From IMG/VR virus record IMGVR_UViG_3300022602_000089: a DNA stretch of 20,000 nt. One strand, 5' to 3'. The translations under genes were made by a program, and so were the position numbers. Source of the stretch: an uncultured virus (IMG/VR IMGVR_UViG_3300022602_000089). Taxonomy: Duplodnaviria; Heunggongvirae; Uroviricota; Caudoviricetes. Under the pieces are notes generated by a model that was given only the letters and a program-made list of their open reading frames with translations, was not told the origin of the DNA and made no database searches. Numbering within the stretch: position 1 is the stretch's first letter; every line of letters begins with the position of its first letter. This document shows positions 17,614 to 20,000 of the stretch, in pieces.

Positions 17614-17952
17614 TTATCTCTGTTTGTGGAAACTCTTACGTCTGAACAGGACTTCATCTCTGTCACCGTTTGCATAGCGTAGGGCTAAAGACTCTTTGCT
17701 GATGCCAGTTATTTCTGCCCATTCTTTTAGTGTATGAGTTTCGGGTTTGGCTTTGGCTTCGAGTTTGTACTCTACGAATATGTTGTAGCTGACTGGTATT
17801 TTATTAGGGATTGGTTTCTCTAGTAATGCTTTACCACGCAATCCTTTTTTCCAACGATGGGATAGGACTTGTATGCTGATGCCACTCTTTTCAGCCCATT
17901 CCTTCATTGTGTGTGATTCGTTTCTAAATCTGTATATCTGCTTCGTAAACAT
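17614..17952 (-). CDS. Tandem HTH-repeat DNA-binding protein
   Basis: Two repeats, HTMKEWAEKSGISIQVLSHRWKKG and HTLKEWAEITGISKESLALRYANG; GAGG SD. Confidence 0.8.
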   Translation of the reverse strand: MFTKQIYRFRNESHTMKEWAEKSGISIQVLSHRWKKGLRGKALLEKPIPNKIPVSYNIFVEYKLEAKAKPETHTLKEWAEITGISKESLALRYANGDRDEVLFRRKSFHKQR

Positions 17953-17959
17953 GGATTTT

Positions 17960-18360
17960 CCTCTTTGGTTATGTTCTAGAAAAAATTCTAGTTATTCCAT
18001 TGTATCTTAAAATCTAAGAAGTTTCTAGAATTTTTTTGAGGGGTATTTTAGAGGGGTTAAGTTATTGATTTTATTGTATTATTATTATTATTATTTAATA
18101 GATAGTAGTAGTAGTAGTAAGAAAATTCTAAATTCTACGGTTTTTAAAAAGGATATACCTTATGGCGATGTTTTTTTATTGACGATATTACACTCTCTGC
18201 CACATTGTCGTTCTGTGCAAAAAACGCAATTTAGTAGGTATCCCCCTAAAATCGTTTAGAATTTTAGAACTTTTTTACAGAGTTTAATTAAATCAACAAG
18301 TTACAAGCGAAAAAAATTCTTCAGTTTTCAGGAAATTCTAAATCGTTTTTGGAATTTTTC
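17960..18360. other. Putative replication origin / AT-rich non-coding control region
   Basis: About 400 bp without a credible ORF; many AATTCTA/TAGAATT/TTCTAGA repeats; (TAT)n and (AGT)n tracts; IHF consensus WATCAANNNNTTR at 18058-18070 (-) and 18291-18303 (+). Confidence 0.55.
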
Positions 18361-18361
18361 A

Positions 18362-18505
18362 ATTCCACTAGTAAGTGGATCGTTATTTAAGGTCTTGTCT
18401 GTCATTTAGAATAAAATTAAATGATGCAACGTATAAATCTGGCTATCATTTAGAATAAAATTAAATGACACACTCACGCACTCAAGGATATGTAACTGGT
18501 TTCAA
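18362..18505. repeat. Composite intergenic repeat, copy 1
   Basis: Block 18362-18398 is 34/37 identical to 19301-19337. GTAACTGGTTTCAA at 18492-18505 is identical to 19389-19402. Confidence 0.9.
18402..18468. repeat. Two identical 23-bp palindromic boxes
   Basis: TCATTTA-GAATAAAAT-TAAATGA at 18402-18424 and 18446-18468. Confidence 0.92.
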
Positions 18506-18516
18506 TTTGACAGGCG

Positions 18517-18549
18517 AAAAAAAACCTGATATGCTATCGCATATCAGGT
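18517..18549 (-). terminator. Rho-independent terminator
   Basis: ACCTGATATGC-GATA-GCATATCAGGT followed by a T-run, 10 bp after the stop at 18559. Confidence 0.92.
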
Positions 18550-18558
18550 CTAAAAATA

Positions 18559-19200
18559 TTACTTAAGCCATACTAGATTAAACGCTTTGATCGATTGTTT
18601 TAACTTATCAAGATCAGCAGTTATATCGTCACGTTTTTTGGCACTTCCGCAACGTGCGATCAAACCCGTTTTGCCGTCATTGAATACAGCGTCAACGACT
18701 TCTGTAAAATCTTTTACAGCAGTTCTAGCATTTTCCTTCCCTTCGTTTTGAATCCGTCTTGCTTCCCGCTTGAGATCGTTAATGCGATTACTGCAATACG
18801 TTTGGACTTCCTTCCTGATCTGTTTGACAATCGGGTACATATACGGTTCAGTTTCTTTTAACTTACCAAACACTTGCTGATTAAAGCTAAAGGCAAAATC
18901 AACGCCTATTAGTTTCTTATTACTTGCTTCCTTTAGGTTATTACTATCATTAACCAACAAGTACTTATCATCAATTACAGCGTATTGCTTCGGCGGATTA
19001 TTCTCACTAAAACGTAAACGATAGCCCTCGTTTAACTGCTCAAGAGCTTCTTTCGGTATATCTTCGGGGAAGCCTACTACATTGGATAAACAATATCGAG
19101 CAACCGATTTGACAGTATCTCCTGCCCGAGCTTGTTTATATGCACCATCTTTTAATGATGTAATTACTTCGTTTTGTGTTGCAATATTTTTTGTAGCCAT
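18559..19200 (-). CDS. Early hypothetical protein (213 aa), monocistronic
   Basis: AAAGGA SD; has its own upstream promoter and downstream terminator. Confidence 0.88.
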   Translation of the reverse strand: MATKNIATQNEVITSLKDGAYKQARAGDTVKSVARYCLSNVVGFPEDIPKEALEQLNEGYRLRFSENNPPKQYAVIDDKYLLVNDSNNLKEASNKKLIGVDFAFSFNQQVFGKLKETEPYMYPIVKQIRKEVQTYCSNRINDLKREARRIQNEGKENARTAVKDFTEVVDAVFNDGKTGLIARCGSAKKRDDITADLDKLKQSIKAFNLVWLK

Positions 19201-19260
19201 GATGTTAAATCCTTTATGAAAAGTTAAACTGCTGAAATATGACTAATGAGAATCACTAGC

Positions 19261-19299
19261 CATGTGTTATATATACCCGATTTCCTAATTAAAAAGCAA
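19261..19299 (-). promoter_or_regulatory. Sigma70-like early promoter
   Basis: TTGCTT-N18-TATATA, then TAACACATG; same layout as 19934-19972. Confidence 0.65.
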
Positions 19300-19300
19300 G

Positions 19301-19402
19301 ATTCCACTAGGTAGTGGATCGTTATTTAAGGTTTTGTGACGCACTATTGCATATCCGCCATGCACACGCACCACACACTCGGCGATGAGTAACTGGTTTC
19401 AA
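19301..19402. repeat. Composite intergenic repeat, copy 2
   Basis: Shares the 37-bp block (containing TCCAC-N6-GTGGA), a CA-rich tract and the 14-bp block with 18362-18505. Confidence 0.9.
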
Positions 19403-19419
19403 ACCGGCTTGCGCCGGTT
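19402..19419 (-). terminator. GNRA hairpin, weak terminator or stabilising stem
   Basis: AACCGGC-GCAA-GCCGGTT just after the stop at 19424; short T tract only. Confidence 0.55.
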
Positions 19420-19423
19420 GATG

Positions 19424-19609
19424 TTATCGATACACCACTTCTATCATCGAGTTGCGCTTCAGTATGAACACGCCTACTTTGAAAGCATCAAGCGCTAGGC
19501 TTAAGTTATCAAACCGTTTAATCTTACGGCATATTACATCACCGTCTTTTACAACCGTCTCAGTTACTTTGTAACACTTGGTTACAGGAAATAGTTCTAG
19601 TTGTTTCAT
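19424..19609 (-). CDS. Small hypothetical protein
   Basis: GAGGAG SD; 61 aa. Confidence 0.7.
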   Translation of the reverse strand: MKQLELFPVTKCYKVTETVVKDGDVICRKIKRFDNLSLALDAFKVGVFILKRNSMIEVVYR

Positions 19610-19611
19610 AA

Positions 19612-19692
19612 TTACTTCTCCTCATTGATTGATAAAAGATATACAACGGCTAAGCCTAATACATATACAACTGCTGGAATAATGTAACCCAT
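19612..19692 (-). CDS. 26-aa membrane peptide
   Basis: MGYIIPAVVYVLGLAVVYLLSINEEK*; AGGAG SD. Confidence 0.65.
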   Translation of the reverse strand: MGYIIPAVVYVLGLAVVYLLSINEEK

Positions 19693-19710
19693 GTGATTCT
19701 CCTAAGTGAT

Positions 19711-19726
19711 GGGGGCTTTCGCCCCC
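19711..19726 (-). other. GNRA hairpin between early genes
   Basis: GGGGGC-GAAA-GCCCCC with no U-tract. Confidence 0.6.
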
Positions 19727-19732
19727 GATTGA

Positions 19733-19894
19733 TTACCGTTTGTACTTGATAGCGACCGTCTTACCGAACACGTCAGTCACCTTGATGAACACATCTTCGT
19801 TAGGGTACTTGTATAACCATGATAGTGCTTTACCCTTTGACCACGCTGTGTGCTTTACTTCTTTGTTACCCCATAATACATTGACTGTAAACAT
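19733..19894 (-). CDS. Small hypothetical protein (53 aa)
   Basis: MFTVNVLWGNKEVKHTAWSKGKALSWLYKYP...KYKR*; AGGAG SD. Confidence 0.75.
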   Translation of the reverse strand: MFTVNVLWGNKEVKHTAWSKGKALSWLYKYPNEDVFIKVTDVFGKTVAIKYKR

Positions 19895-19933
19895 ATACTT
19901 CTCCTATTGAATATGAACTGCTTGATTGCTGTT

Positions 19934-19972
19934 CATGTAATATGTATACCTGTTTTTTACCTATAAAATCAA
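19934..19972 (-). promoter_or_regulatory. Sigma70-like early promoter
   Basis: TTGATT-N18-TATACA, then TATTACATG; parallels 19261-19299. Confidence 0.65.
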
Positions 19973-20000
19973 GTATTCTGGGGTAAGTCCCCCCTTACCC

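Larger units (their letters stand above)
4736..19318. repeat. Dispersed interrupted palindrome TCCAC-N6-GTGGA (10 perfect copies)
   Basis: Perfect copies start at 4736, 8513, 9663, 12869, 14282, 15742, 17294, 17428, 18364 and 19303. One-mismatch copies start at 11481, 12175, 12598, 15314 and 16388. Confidence 0.95.

Noticed and set aside
18065..18259. Plus-strand ORF with YYYYYY and SSSSS runs
   Set aside because: It is the translation of (TAT)n and (AGT)n microsatellites in the non-coding AT-rich region, with no SD and on the opposite strand to all other genes.
18362..18398. dif/Xer site
   Set aside because: It has a 6-bp spacer, but the arms do not match the XerC or XerD (TTATGTTAAAT) consensus in the 11-6-11 layout.
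18402..18468. Mini-CRISPR array, considered because of the Cas4-like gene
   Set aside because: Only two AT-rich 23-bp repeats with a 21-bp spacer and no cas operon; solo Cas4-like nucleases are ordinary phage replication genes.
19402..19726. N4-type virion RNA polymerase hairpin promoters
   Set aside because: The loops are 4-nt GNRA directly after stop codons, and sigma70-like promoters are already present; RNA hairpins are the simpler reading.

Overview
This is an AT-rich segment of a tailed dsDNA phage or prophage, probably with a proteobacterial host (two consensus IHF sites; inference). All credible genes are on the minus strand and many are coupled by ATGA overlaps. In transcription order (right to left) the window holds: small early genes with repeated promoters and terminators; a putative replication origin (~17960-18360); more small genes; a DUF3150-like / MoxR-type AAA ATPase / HExxH-vWA module; hypotheticals; VRR-NUC; HTH-DUF3310; a lipoprotein and membrane-protein pair; a modular array of related small genes (MTANEL...RKASEK); a Leu762-type family A DNA polymerase; a Cas4/AddB-like PD-(D/E)XK nuclease; an HNH-like protein; a structured intergenic RNA candidate; and a SNF2 helicase cut by the window edge. 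The most striking unexplained signal is a 16-bp interrupted palindrome, TCCAC-N6-GTGGA. I found 10 perfect and at least 5 one-mismatch copies, inside genes in all three frames and beside an early promoter, increasing in density toward the early end.
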